IMG/VR virus record: IMGVR_UViG_3300020177_000966
Strand: one strand, 5' to 3'
DNA length: 64,000 bases
Source of the DNA: a virus
Lineage: Duplodnaviria; Caudoviricetes
The notes beneath the pieces are model-generated. The model worked only from the letters and a program-made list of their open reading frames with translations, was not told the DNA's origin and did not search any database. The position numbers and the translations under genes were made by a program. This document shows, in pieces, positions 49,721 through 58,497 of this stretch. Every line of letters begins with the position of its first letter. Position 1 is the first letter of the stretch.

Positions 49721-50549
49721 CGTATTAGACTTATTAGCATATAAAAACGGTGAATACAAACCGTTAGGAGAGATTGGACCAAGTATACTTGACTTTGGTT
49801 TCATTCATTGTGATGCTACATATGATGTTATGCCAGTATACAACGGCAAAGCATTTTGTTATGAAAGACACTTGCAAAGATTCCGTAATAGTGCAGAACG
49901 CTACGGACTAACTATTCCAGACGTCGATCCTCTAGAGATTATTAAAGAATTAGCAAAGCGTAATCCAATTGATAATGCATTTGTATGGTTTATAATCTGG
50001 AGAGGATTTCCGCCTAGTGGTAATCCTAGAGACTTAGAAAACTGTCCTGTAAATTTTGCAATGTATATTAAACCAAGTTATCCTATAGCAAGTACACCGA
50101 TGGTAAAACTGTATTTGGACAAAAATACAAATAGAGTTAACGATGATTACTATGGACAAGAATATAAAAACATGGCTTGGATAGATTTAACACTTAGTCA
50201 ACGTAAAACTCCTGCCGGCTTTGATACTACAGTATTAGTTGATGTAGACGGATTTGTTACAGAAGGTCCAGGGTTTAATGTTGGAATTGTTAAAGACGGA
50301 GTAATTAAAACATCAGATAAGAATGTTCTTAAAGGTATTACTATGAGTGTTGTAGAAGATATTGCTAAAGAAAACAATATTACTTTTAAGCGTATGCCAA
50401 TTACACAACAAATGTTTTTATCAGCAGACGAAGTTTTTATTACAAGTTCAAGTGGAGGTGTGACACCAACGACTATCACAGGTTCGGTTACTGATCTATT
50501 AATACAAAAGTACGAGGATAAGAAAACACAGTATGGAACTGAACTTTGA
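49713..50549 (+). CDS. Class IV PLP aminotransferase, (R)-selective amine transaminase-like
   Basis: GFIHCDATYDV, HLQRF..SA, YKNMAWIDL, TEGPGFNV, VLKGIT and ADEVFITSSSGG. Confidence 0.85.
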   Translation: MTNVLDLLAYKNGEYKPLGEIGPSILDFGFIHCDATYDVMPVYNGKAFCYERHLQRFRNSAERYGLTIPDVDPLEIIKELAKRNPIDNAFVWFIIWRGFPPSGNPRDLENCPVNFAMYIKPSYPIASTPMVKLYLDKNTNRVNDDYYGQEYKNMAWIDLTLSQRKTPAGFDTTVLVDVDGFVTEGPGFNVGIVKDGVIKTSDKNVLKGITMSVVEDIAKENNITFKRMPITQQMFLSADEVFITSSSGGVTPTTITGSVTDLLIQKYEDKKTQYGTEL

Positions 50550-51210
50550 CACTATCTTAAAACAAGGATGTAATATAAGTTCTAGTGGTACTACAGGTAC
50601 ACCTAAGCAAATTTATAGAGATCCTGAAAATCTAAAACACTGCATTAATACTGCAATTACTGCTCAAAAACTAACCAAAAATAGTAGTGTATACACAGTT
50701 ACTAGAATGACTCATGCAGGTGGGTTATTACTTCAAAGTTTGCCAGCATATACATTAGGGTGTGATATAACTATTGAAAAGTTCAACGCATATACCTTTT
50801 TAAAGCGTTTTAAGCGTCATACACACACGTTTATTGCTCCTGCTATGTGCGAAGCACTACTAAGCACTAAGGGCTTTAAAACAGCTGATTTGACGGGTAA
50901 ATTTGTTGCAATGGGCAGTGATCCAATTCCTAAACATCACATACAAGCATTTATAGATCAAGGTGCTACAGTTTTAGCAAATTGGGGTATGAGTGAAATT
51001 GGACCATGTGTAATTAATAAGTTGTACAAGCCTGGAGACACAGCAGAAGATAATATTTTGGGCAATACATTTTGGTGCAATTATAAAGTTAAAGAAAATC
51101 AATTATATGTAAAAAGTCCAATGTGTATATATGACGATTGGTTTGCAACAGGCGATCTTGTAACATATAAGAATAAAGGATTATATTATTTAGGAAGACT
51201 TGATGTATAA
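50533..51210 (+). CDS. Minimal adenylate-forming (ANL/AMP-binding) enzyme
   Basis: SSSGTTGTPK, WGMSEIG and FATGDL....YYLGR, in only 225 aa. Confidence 0.8.
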   Translation: MELNFDTILKQGCNISSSGTTGTPKQIYRDPENLKHCINTAITAQKLTKNSSVYTVTRMTHAGGLLLQSLPAYTLGCDITIEKFNAYTFLKRFKRHTHTFIAPAMCEALLSTKGFKTADLTGKFVAMGSDPIPKHHIQAFIDQGATVLANWGMSEIGPCVINKLYKPGDTAEDNILGNTFWCNYKVKENQLYVKSPMCIYDDWFATGDLVTYKNKGLYYLGRLDV

Positions 51211-51928
51211 TAATTCAATTACAGTTAATTTTCCTATGGGATCTGGTGGACATATTGCAGGAAGAATTATTTCTAGTTGTAATAATGTCAGTTGGTATGA
51301 TCATATACAAAACGGAATCAATCCTTGGGAACCGTTTGATATTATGCACGATTCTAATTTTTCAAGATTACATTTCAATAAAAGATTTAAAGGTGCTTTA
51401 GGTAAAGGAGTATGTGACAAAACTATTCCTCCTGTGTTAGATATGGCCGAAAAGCAAGGTAGAGAATATTCACAAGACGAAATTAAAAAATGGAAACAAC
51501 ATCTTTATCCTAACAATTTTGTATATACACTGCACTCAGATTTAGATAGAGTAAAGAATTTTTTTAATCCGGCAAAACATTTTGTAATCATTCCTGAAGA
51601 TATAGAACTATTATATACTAGGTGGATGAATAGTACATGTCATTATTATGTAGATCCAAAAAATAGAAATTATCTTTTTAAAGATTTATATACTGATAAA
51701 GCAAACGAACACGGAATAACATTTAAAGAATGTTTAATTAACGACCTTACTATGCAGATAAACGGTTACAAACAAAAGGCAGATGATAAAGATTTTATTA
51801 TTAAAGAAGTTTCTCAATTATACGATAAAGAATTTTTCTTAACATTATGTAACAAGTTTGATCTTAAATTTAACGAAACAGCTTTTATCAAAACAGTAGA
51901 GTTTGCTAAAGCCGTGTCACATCTTTAA
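51200..51928 (+). CDS. Hypothetical protein (242 aa); weak sulfotransferase-like N-terminus
   Basis: N-terminal VNFPMGSGGHI loop; otherwise unrecognised. Confidence 0.35.
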   Translation: MMYNNSITVNFPMGSGGHIAGRIISSCNNVSWYDHIQNGINPWEPFDIMHDSNFSRLHFNKRFKGALGKGVCDKTIPPVLDMAEKQGREYSQDEIKKWKQHLYPNNFVYTLHSDLDRVKNFFNPAKHFVIIPEDIELLYTRWMNSTCHYYVDPKNRNYLFKDLYTDKANEHGITFKECLINDLTMQINGYKQKADDKDFIIKEVSQLYDKEFFLTLCNKFDLKFNETAFIKTVEFAKAVSHL

Positions 51929-52642
51929 TAATTCAAAATATATTCTTGTATTATCTTTTTTGTACTGTTCTAAATTACAATTATATTCTTTAGCAAGTTT
52001 GTAAGCGAATTCGAAGGTCCATGGGAATATATCTACATATGGTCCTTTTGGCCATAGTATTCCCGGATTAACTCTAAAGTACATTCTACCGTTAGTGTCT
52101 AATAAATTATATAACTTATCAAATCTTATACGGATATCATTTTCGTCACCAAAATTTAAACTGCCAAACACAATCATGTGATCATATTTTTCATCTACAT
52201 TAAACTCTAAAATATCTACCATATAGTCTGCGTTATCGTTAAATGGATCAATGCCTGTTAGATTTTTAATACGTGGTTTAAATTGATTATATCCGCATCC
52301 AAAGTCTAATACATTACGTGGATTCTGTTTGTTTATTCGTTCCACAATATTCCAACCACTGTAAGTATGATTGTCAGTATTAGGTTTCCAAATTTCTCCA
52401 AAGAATCTTTTCATATAAAAGGTATCTAACGATTGTACAAATTGTTCAATAGTACCAGTTAAGTCTAAATGTTCAATATCTAACTCGTGCATGATGTTTT
52501 GTGCAAACTTTTCTTTACGCACAGGAGTAAACGGTAGGTCGTCTACTATACTATCCTTGTTTAATTGTAAACCTTTGTACTTAGATAAATTAAAGGTTTC
52601 TTCTAAATTTTTCATAACTAGCGAAAAAATTCGTGTATTCAT
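51917..52642 (-). CDS. Class I SAM methyltransferase with an N-terminal ACP-like helical domain
   Basis: VLDFGCG, LTGIDPF and YDHMIVFGSL. A GGAG RBS precedes the ATG at 52642. The ACP resemblance is tentative. Confidence 0.65.
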   Translation of the reverse strand: MNTRIFSLVMKNLEETFNLSKYKGLQLNKDSIVDDLPFTPVRKEKFAQNIMHELDIEHLDLTGTIEQFVQSLDTFYMKRFFGEIWKPNTDNHTYSGWNIVERINKQNPRNVLDFGCGYNQFKPRIKNLTGIDPFNDNADYMVDILEFNVDEKYDHMIVFGSLNFGDENDIRIRFDKLYNLLDTNGRMYFRVNPGILWPKGPYVDIFPWTFEFAYKLAKEYNCNLEQYKKDNTRIYFELLKM

Positions 52643-52672
52643 AATTTTTCTCCACATTTTTTCAAAAAAATG

Positions 52673-52706
52673 TTCTCCTGATATAATTAATTATATACAA
52701 GGAGAA
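52673..52706. promoter_or_regulatory. Inverted repeat between divergent genes with a central 16-bp perfect palindrome
   Basis: ATATAATTAATTATAT (52681-96) is self-complementary. The flanking TTCTCCT/AGGAGAA pair covers the tctA RBS. Confidence 0.6.
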
Positions 52707-52710
52707 AATA

Positions 52711-54144
52711 TTGGCTTCGATATTGGCACTACTCGCAGGAACATTTTATGGATTAATAATTGGTATTCTGCCAGGTGCAGGAGCAACTACAGGTTTAATA
52801 TTTGTATTTTCATTTATTACTTTATTTCCAGATCCGTATCTAGCAGTTATATTTGTTATGGCAGTTGTAGCCGCAAGCACAACAGGTGATACTTATACAG
52901 GTGTACTGTTAGGAATACCTGGTGCAAACTCAGCCGCGGCAACTATGGTAGACGGCTTTCCATTAGCACTACAGGGTAAAGCAACATATGCTATTAGCGC
53001 CGCAGTAACTACAAGTACATTGAACGGATTAATATGGGGGTCACTTACATTCTTCTTGTTACCTTATTATACTGATCTAATAATGATATTTGGTGTTCCA
53101 GAATTATGGGCATTTACAATGTTAGCGTTAGTATGCGTAACATTTATAACAAATAAGTTTTGGGTTAGAAGTGTAATTGCATTGTGCTTTGGTATGTTTA
53201 TAGGATTAATAGGAGTTGATCCTACAACTAATGTAGACCGATGGACCGGCGGTTGGGAATATCTTGGCGCAGGCGTACAATTAATGCCGTTAGTTGCCGG
53301 ATTGTTTGCTATTCCAGAATTATTAAGCGGTCTTAAATATCGTACAAATACTAGCAATCCAGCATTTGCAAATGGTACACAAACTAAAGAAGGAATACTT
53401 GCTGTCTGGAATAATAAACGTGATGCATTGCGTGGAGGAATCATTGGCGCATTTGTCGGCTTATTGCCCGGATTAGGCGGCGCAGTTGCAGATTGGATGG
53501 CATACAGTTCGACAGTTGCAAGTCATCCTAAAGACAAGTTTGGTAATGGAAATATCAAAGGTGTTATAGGACCAGAAGGTGCTAACAATGCACAAAAAGC
53601 AACCAGCATGATTCCTACAGTACTGTTTGGTATTCCAGGCGCACCCTTTGCTGCCATTGTAATGGCCTTGTTTGCATATTTAAATTTTGAATTAGGTACC
53701 TTAGAGCTTGCAAATGACACTAAATTCTTTGATAGTATGTTATACGGCTTTATGCTTGCAACAGTGCTTGTAGGCGCTGTATGCTTGTTTACGACGCCAT
53801 TTATAGCCCGAATAGCACAAATACCCTACAAATACTACTTTCCGTTGCTATTAGGCTTTATAGTACTTGCTTGTGTACAATATACAGGCGGTTGGGAAGA
53901 TTACTTTATACTTGCTATATGTAGTGTGGTAGGACTATTAGCAAAGAAATACAAATTTAGCAGACCTGCACTGCTATTTGCCTTTATTCTATCTGACAGA
54001 ATAGAGGCTCTTACAATTCAAATGTCAGGACTTTATACATTTGATAAACTGTTAGATAAACCAATATTCTTAGGATTAGTTTTTATAATAATTGTAACAC
54101 TAATTTGGGCATTAAAATCAAAAAGGAGAATAGATTATGCGTAA
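52711..54144 (+). CDS. tctA: Tripartite tricarboxylate transporter permease, TctA family
   Basis: GILPGAGAT, LLGIPGANSAAATMVDGFPLALQGKA, GPEGANNA, IPTVLFGIPG and FSRPALL; many hydrophobic segments. TTG start with an AGGAG RBS. Confidence 0.9.
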   Translation: MASILALLAGTFYGLIIGILPGAGATTGLIFVFSFITLFPDPYLAVIFVMAVVAASTTGDTYTGVLLGIPGANSAAATMVDGFPLALQGKATYAISAAVTTSTLNGLIWGSLTFFLLPYYTDLIMIFGVPELWAFTMLALVCVTFITNKFWVRSVIALCFGMFIGLIGVDPTTNVDRWTGGWEYLGAGVQLMPLVAGLFAIPELLSGLKYRTNTSNPAFANGTQTKEGILAVWNNKRDALRGGIIGAFVGLLPGLGGAVADWMAYSSTVASHPKDKFGNGNIKGVIGPEGANNAQKATSMIPTVLFGIPGAPFAAIVMALFAYLNFELGTLELANDTKFFDSMLYGFMLATVLVGAVCLFTTPFIARIAQIPYKYYFPLLLGFIVLACVQYTGGWEDYFILAICSVVGLLAKKYKFSRPALLFAFILSDRIEALTIQMSGLYTFDKLLDKPIFLGLVFIIIVTLIWALKSKRRIDYA

Positions 54145-55189
54145 GTTAATTATGAGTTTAGTATTAGTAATGTTTGCTACTGTAGCAAATGCAGATTATA
54201 CGATGGTAGTACCACAAAAACCAGGAGATGGTACAAGTGTTTGGGCAGAAATCGTTGCTAAAGAATTAGAAAAATATCTCAATGAAGATATTAATATTGT
54301 ACATATTCCTGGCGCTCGAGACATTCCAGGATTTGATACATTTCATAACGAAATGCAATATGACAATGATGTAATTATGGTAAGTCATGGTGGTAACGGT
54401 GTAAGTTTCCTACAAGAAGAAGTTGATTATAACTATGCCGAATACGAAAGTATTGGACTTATGAACTTGAATATTATTGTAGGCAAGAATCGTGCTATTG
54501 ATTTAGACTATGGTGGTATTAGATTTGCGGCAGGTTCAGGTATGGTTCCAGAAGCATTCGCAATGACACTTCTACTATGTGGACCAGACAAAACAGTTGA
54601 TGAATATATCGCTTGTTTTAAAGAGAACGTAACATGGGTTAAAGGCATGAGCGGTGGCGAACGTCGACTAGCATTTAAACGTGGTGAACTAAACGCTACT
54701 AGAGAAAATCCAGCGGCATATAAAAAGCATGTTGAATCAGATGATAATTCAGAAATTTGGTTTCATCATGGTATTCTAAACAGTGAAACAGGAGATCATG
54801 GAGATGATCCAAACTATCCTGGATACCAACTTGAAATACTATTTGAAAAACGTTGGGGTGTTAAGCCAAGCGGAGATTTCTATGATTCATATAAACTTGT
54901 AAAAAGTTTTCGCGACGGTATGCAAAAAGCATTGTGGGTACGCAAAGGCAATCCAAATACTGCCAAATTACAGCAAGCATTATATGATATGTCTTTAAAT
55001 AAAGATAGTAAGAAAATTATAGAAAACAAAGTTGGCGTTTATAATTGGAAAATTGGCGCTGACGGAAATGCACATAGAGATACATTAATGAGTCTTGTAA
55101 CACTAGATGCATTAACAAATCTTGTTAAATTCAATAAAGAAGCATTAGGATTAGCTAGTGTACTTAAACCAGGAATAATTAAAAAGTGA
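54137..55189 (+). CDS. tctC: Tripartite tricarboxylate transporter substrate-binding protein, TctC/Bug-like (divergent)
   Basis: Signal peptide, then YTMVVPQKPGDGTSVWAEIVAKEL, equivalent to the Bug-family I.lvVP..pGG..D motif. Adjacent to tctA. Confidence 0.75.
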   Translation: MRKLIMSLVLVMFATVANADYTMVVPQKPGDGTSVWAEIVAKELEKYLNEDINIVHIPGARDIPGFDTFHNEMQYDNDVIMVSHGGNGVSFLQEEVDYNYAEYESIGLMNLNIIVGKNRAIDLDYGGIRFAAGSGMVPEAFAMTLLLCGPDKTVDEYIACFKENVTWVKGMSGGERRLAFKRGELNATRENPAAYKKHVESDDNSEIWFHHGILNSETGDHGDDPNYPGYQLEILFEKRWGVKPSGDFYDSYKLVKSFRDGMQKALWVRKGNPNTAKLQQALYDMSLNKDSKKIIENKVGVYNWKIGADGNAHRDTLMSLVTLDALTNLVKFNKEALGLASVLKPGIIKK

Positions 55190-56349
55190 ACAATATAATA
55201 CTTTCTTTCGAGAATGGTGATACATATACAAAAGAACAATTTGATTCTTTAGCACAAAGTTATGCTAAAGAATTAATTGATGCAGGATACGATAAAACTT
55301 GTAGATTAGGAGTATACAGTAATTGTACTAATCTAATGAAAATATACGGAGTAATGAGTGTATGCAGTGTTGTAGTAATGGACTACAAAGCAACAGAGAT
55401 CGAACGTAAGTATTATGATGTTGATATATGGGACGATGTATTACCAGAGCCTAGATATAATCAATGTAATGATGACGAGATAACAGCGTTTGTATCAAGC
55501 GGTAGTACTGATGCACTTAGATTAATACCACTAACAAGAGATGATCATGACACTGAAGGTTTAGATACAAACATACAAATACATGCTAATATTACAAATA
55601 AAGATTCTACTGTAAATTGTATTCCACTTTGGGCTTGTATAGGCTTTCAATTATTCTCAATTTGTTATAGAACTGGTGCAACATATTATGTTTTAGATAA
55701 CGTATGGGAATCATGGCCTAAAGTTAAACCTACGTTCTTTGTAGCTAATCCTAGTATTTTATTAAAATTAATGAAGTATTGCAAAGTACCGTACGAAACT
55801 ATGAGTGTACGACACATTCGTACAGTCGGAGCACCTATGTACAAAGATTTTAAATATGAAGTACAAAATTATTTTAATTGTATTACAACTGATTCATATG
55901 GGCTAAATGAAACAGGAACAATTAGTATTATGCATTATCCTCAAAAACATGGTAGCGTTGGATTTGTGTTACCAAATAAAACTGTAACATTTGATAATGG
56001 TGAAATTGTAGTTGATGGTTATCATACTGGAGACTTAGGATATATCGACGATGAAGGATTTTTGTTTATTACTGGTAGAGTTAAAGATGTAATTAACCAA
56101 GAAGGTATTAAAATTATGCCTTACGAAGTAGAAGAAGCATTAATTAAATGTGGAGCAATAGATTGTGTAGTGTTTGGCTACGATAGTGTTTATGCAGTAG
56201 TTGTTGGTCAAATAGATACAGAACAATTATCTAAAGAAATTGCATGGTATAAAATACCTAAGAAGGTCTTTTACGTAGAAAGTATTCCACGTAAAGGACA
56301 AGGTAAAATAAGTAGAAAAGAATTACTTAAACAGTATAACTTAGACTAA
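55186..56349 (+). CDS. Adenylate-forming (acyl-CoA synthetase-like) enzyme
   Basis: SSGST (degenerate P-loop), DSYGLNETG, TGDLGYIDDEGFLFITGRVKDVI, PYEVEEAL and IPRKGQGKISRK. Confidence 0.85.
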   Translation: MNNIILSFENGDTYTKEQFDSLAQSYAKELIDAGYDKTCRLGVYSNCTNLMKIYGVMSVCSVVVMDYKATEIERKYYDVDIWDDVLPEPRYNQCNDDEITAFVSSGSTDALRLIPLTRDDHDTEGLDTNIQIHANITNKDSTVNCIPLWACIGFQLFSICYRTGATYYVLDNVWESWPKVKPTFFVANPSILLKLMKYCKVPYETMSVRHIRTVGAPMYKDFKYEVQNYFNCITTDSYGLNETGTISIMHYPQKHGSVGFVLPNKTVTFDNGEIVVDGYHTGDLGYIDDEGFLFITGRVKDVINQEGIKIMPYEVEEALIKCGAIDCVVFGYDSVYAVVVGQIDTEQLSKEIAWYKIPKKVFYVESIPRKGQGKISRKELLKQYNLD

Positions 56350-57504
56350 GTTAACCCATGATCCGTTTTCGCGGCCTTGGAATTTTTCAGTATCTGAATT
56401 ATAAATAACCATTCCGTTAACTGGAGTAAGTGCATCACGTTCAATAGTAGTCAAACTAGCAAACTGATGATATCCAGTGTTAATACTGTTGTTTATTGTT
56501 GCTGTACCTTGTACTTCAAGGTCAGTAGTAATTTTTGCATCGCCTGCTACGTGTAATACGTTATCAGGTCTGTTAGTACCTAAGCCAAGTCTGCCTTTAC
56601 TATTCCAAGTCATAACTTGTGCAAGTGTAACATTGCCCGTTTGGTTTGATGGTAGGAATAATATTCTTCCAGGTATAATACCGTCTGACACTGTTTCGTC
56701 TAGATCAACTGCAATTTTAATTTGTCCAGCTAATGTTTGTTGAGTTCCGTCCCAACCAAAACCGTGAATATCTGTAAGTGCGTCACCTGTAGTGCCACCA
56801 ATTACAGCTAACGGATTGTCAAGAGTACCACGTGAACCTTCAGTTCTAATTTTTGGTCCTGTTGCACCATCTGCAGAATGTGCTTGAATTAAGAGACTGT
56901 TAACTGGAGCAGGTGCGTCTTGTCTAATTGTAAGAGTTGTTTCAGTTAGAATAGGTCCAACAATAAAACCTTTAATACCGTCTACTAGTAGTCCGCTATC
57001 ATCACCAAACACACTACCTTTAGTATCACCTGTATGGAATCCAGTAGTATTACCAAAGTGTGTACCTGTACTGTCACCAATTACGTTACCAGTGTGTGTA
57101 CCTGTAGTATCGCCAATTACATCACCTACAATATTGCCACTACTAATAACAGAAGTAGTTTCAATAGGTCCAACAATTTTGCCGTTAATTGCATCAACTA
57201 GGAGCGTTGAATCGTCACCGTAAATATTACCACGAATGTCTAGTGCTGGGTTATCCGTCGCCGCCCAGTTTGCACCATTATAAACTAAGATTTGATCTTT
57301 TTGTGCGGCTAATGCTTGTACATTGCCTAGATCTTCTAAGTTTTGCGTTGATACTGATACTGGAATACCACCTTGTGTGGCTCCGTCACCTACAAAGACT
57401 TCTTTGCTATCTGTTGTATAAACGAGTTCACCTTCAGCTGGCGTATAACCAGGACTGCTTTGAAGTGCAGTCTTAGTGCCTCGTTTTAATCGTAAAGTAC
57501 CCAT
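56341..57504 (-). CDS. Tail-fibre-like structural protein with an Mtd/hyaluronidase-type N-terminal motif
   Basis: LRLKRGT....PAEGELVYTTDSKEVFVGDG; duplicated G..YGDDS.LLVD.I.G.IVGPI; RLGLGT.RPD..LHV.G; C-terminal GMVIYNSDT.KFQG. Confidence 0.7.
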   Translation of the reverse strand: MGTLRLKRGTKTALQSSPGYTPAEGELVYTTDSKEVFVGDGATQGGIPVSVSTQNLEDLGNVQALAAQKDQILVYNGANWAATDNPALDIRGNIYGDDSTLLVDAINGKIVGPIETTSVISSGNIVGDVIGDTTGTHTGNVIGDSTGTHFGNTTGFHTGDTKGSVFGDDSGLLVDGIKGFIVGPILTETTLTIRQDAPAPVNSLLIQAHSADGATGPKIRTEGSRGTLDNPLAVIGGTTGDALTDIHGFGWDGTQQTLAGQIKIAVDLDETVSDGIIPGRILFLPSNQTGNVTLAQVMTWNSKGRLGLGTNRPDNVLHVAGDAKITTDLEVQGTATINNSINTGYHQFASLTTIERDALTPVNGMVIYNSDTEKFQGRENGSWVNLV

Positions 57505-57537
57505 GTAATGCTCCTAATTCATTGTTACATGTATTTA
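57502..57537 (-). promoter_or_regulatory. Late promoter core plus a hairpin covering the start codon
   Basis: Minus-strand TAAATA at 57537-32. The 7-bp arms CATGTAA/TTACATG (57531-25 and 57508-02) enclose AGGAG, and the 3' arm contains the ATG. Confidence 0.6.
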
Positions 57538-57545
57538 TGCCAAAT

Positions 57546-57860
57546 TCACGATTTCCGTTTAGTTGGATTCTTAAGAAATGCTCTAGTATTCTTCTGTACA
57601 TCTCGTTTAATTTTAGCACTATTAAGACGAAAGTCAACATTTTCAATACCGTCGCCATATTCATCAAAGAGATCCCCTAGGACATCTTCTAAGTTAGAGC
57701 CAGTAGTTCTTTTACCATTGCAGTCAATTTCCCAAATTTTACCAGTTTTAAATTCAATTCGAATGGTACTAATATAGTTAATGGGTATAGTGTGAATGTC
57801 AATATCTTTAAAAACTTCAGGCCAATGTTTAATTATATCATCAGGAAGTTTCTTTGACAC
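57546..57860 (-). CDS. Hypothetical protein (104 aa)
   Basis: ORF in a tightly packed minus-strand operon. Confidence 0.55.
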   Translation of the reverse strand: MSKKLPDDIIKHWPEVFKDIDIHTIPINYISTIRIEFKTGKIWEIDCNGKRTTGSNLEDVLGDLFDEYGDGIENVDFRLNSAKIKRDVQKNTRAFLKNPTKRKS

Positions 57861-58497
57861 TCTTATTCTTCTTTACAGTCGGGACAAGTTCTTCGGCTTG
57901 TGCTCTAAGTGCCTTTGCTTCTTTATATAATCTATCAGCATCACTACGATATTTAGCGGCTAAATCTGCATCTGAAAGTACACCATCAGTTGGTGCTTGA
58001 ATATTAGCAACTTGTGATTCAGCAACTACAGTATCACTTGGAGGAGCCATTTCATTAACAGAGCCTGCTTCAGTAATACTTTCGCCTGGCTTGCGTGAAT
58101 TAGGATCTTTTAAAGCAAGATCAGAAATAGCAACACCTCGCTGTTGTGCAATGATTTTATTAAGCTCATCTAATCCAATTTTTGTTGTTGTATTAGGTGT
58201 CATATCAATAGCAGACATTTTAACTCTTTGTAGTTTACCTGTTGTATGAAAACGTGCAAGCATGTTGCTACCGTCACTTAAAGAAGTTCTTGCCATAACT
58301 TCAGCAAATTCAAATGCTGTTTGTCCTGCATTGCTTTCAACTGCTCTAATTAAAACTTCATGATCAGCATCAGTTAGTGACGCAGTATCAATTACAATTG
58401 CATTTTCAGCAGGTTGTTCTCCAGGAATTACTCTGTATGCTACAACAACTTTTCTTTTGTTGTCCTTTAACACACCAACATGTTTAATTTCAGCCAT
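57841..58497 (-). CDS. Hypothetical protein (218 aa)
   Basis: GAGG RBS; coupled to its neighbours. Confidence 0.6.
   Translation of the reverse strand: MAEIKHVGVLKDNKRKVVVAYRVIPGEQPAENAIVIDTASLTDADHEVLIRAVESNAGQTAFEFAEVMARTSLSDGSNMLARFHTTGKLQRVKMSAIDMTPNTTTKIGLDELNKIIAQQRGVAISDLALKDPNSRKPGESITEAGSVNEMAPPSDTVVAESQVANIQAPTDGVLSDADLAAKYRSDADRLYKEAKALRAQAEELVPTVKKNKSVKETS

Noticed and set aside
28227-56349. Bacterial LPS/capsule island or host contamination
   Set aside because: The block is translationally and transcriptionally interlocked with phage genes: TAAATA cores, short gaps, fibre genes on both sides, and similar AT-rich composition. It has no Wzx/Wzy or NDP-sugar synthesis genes.
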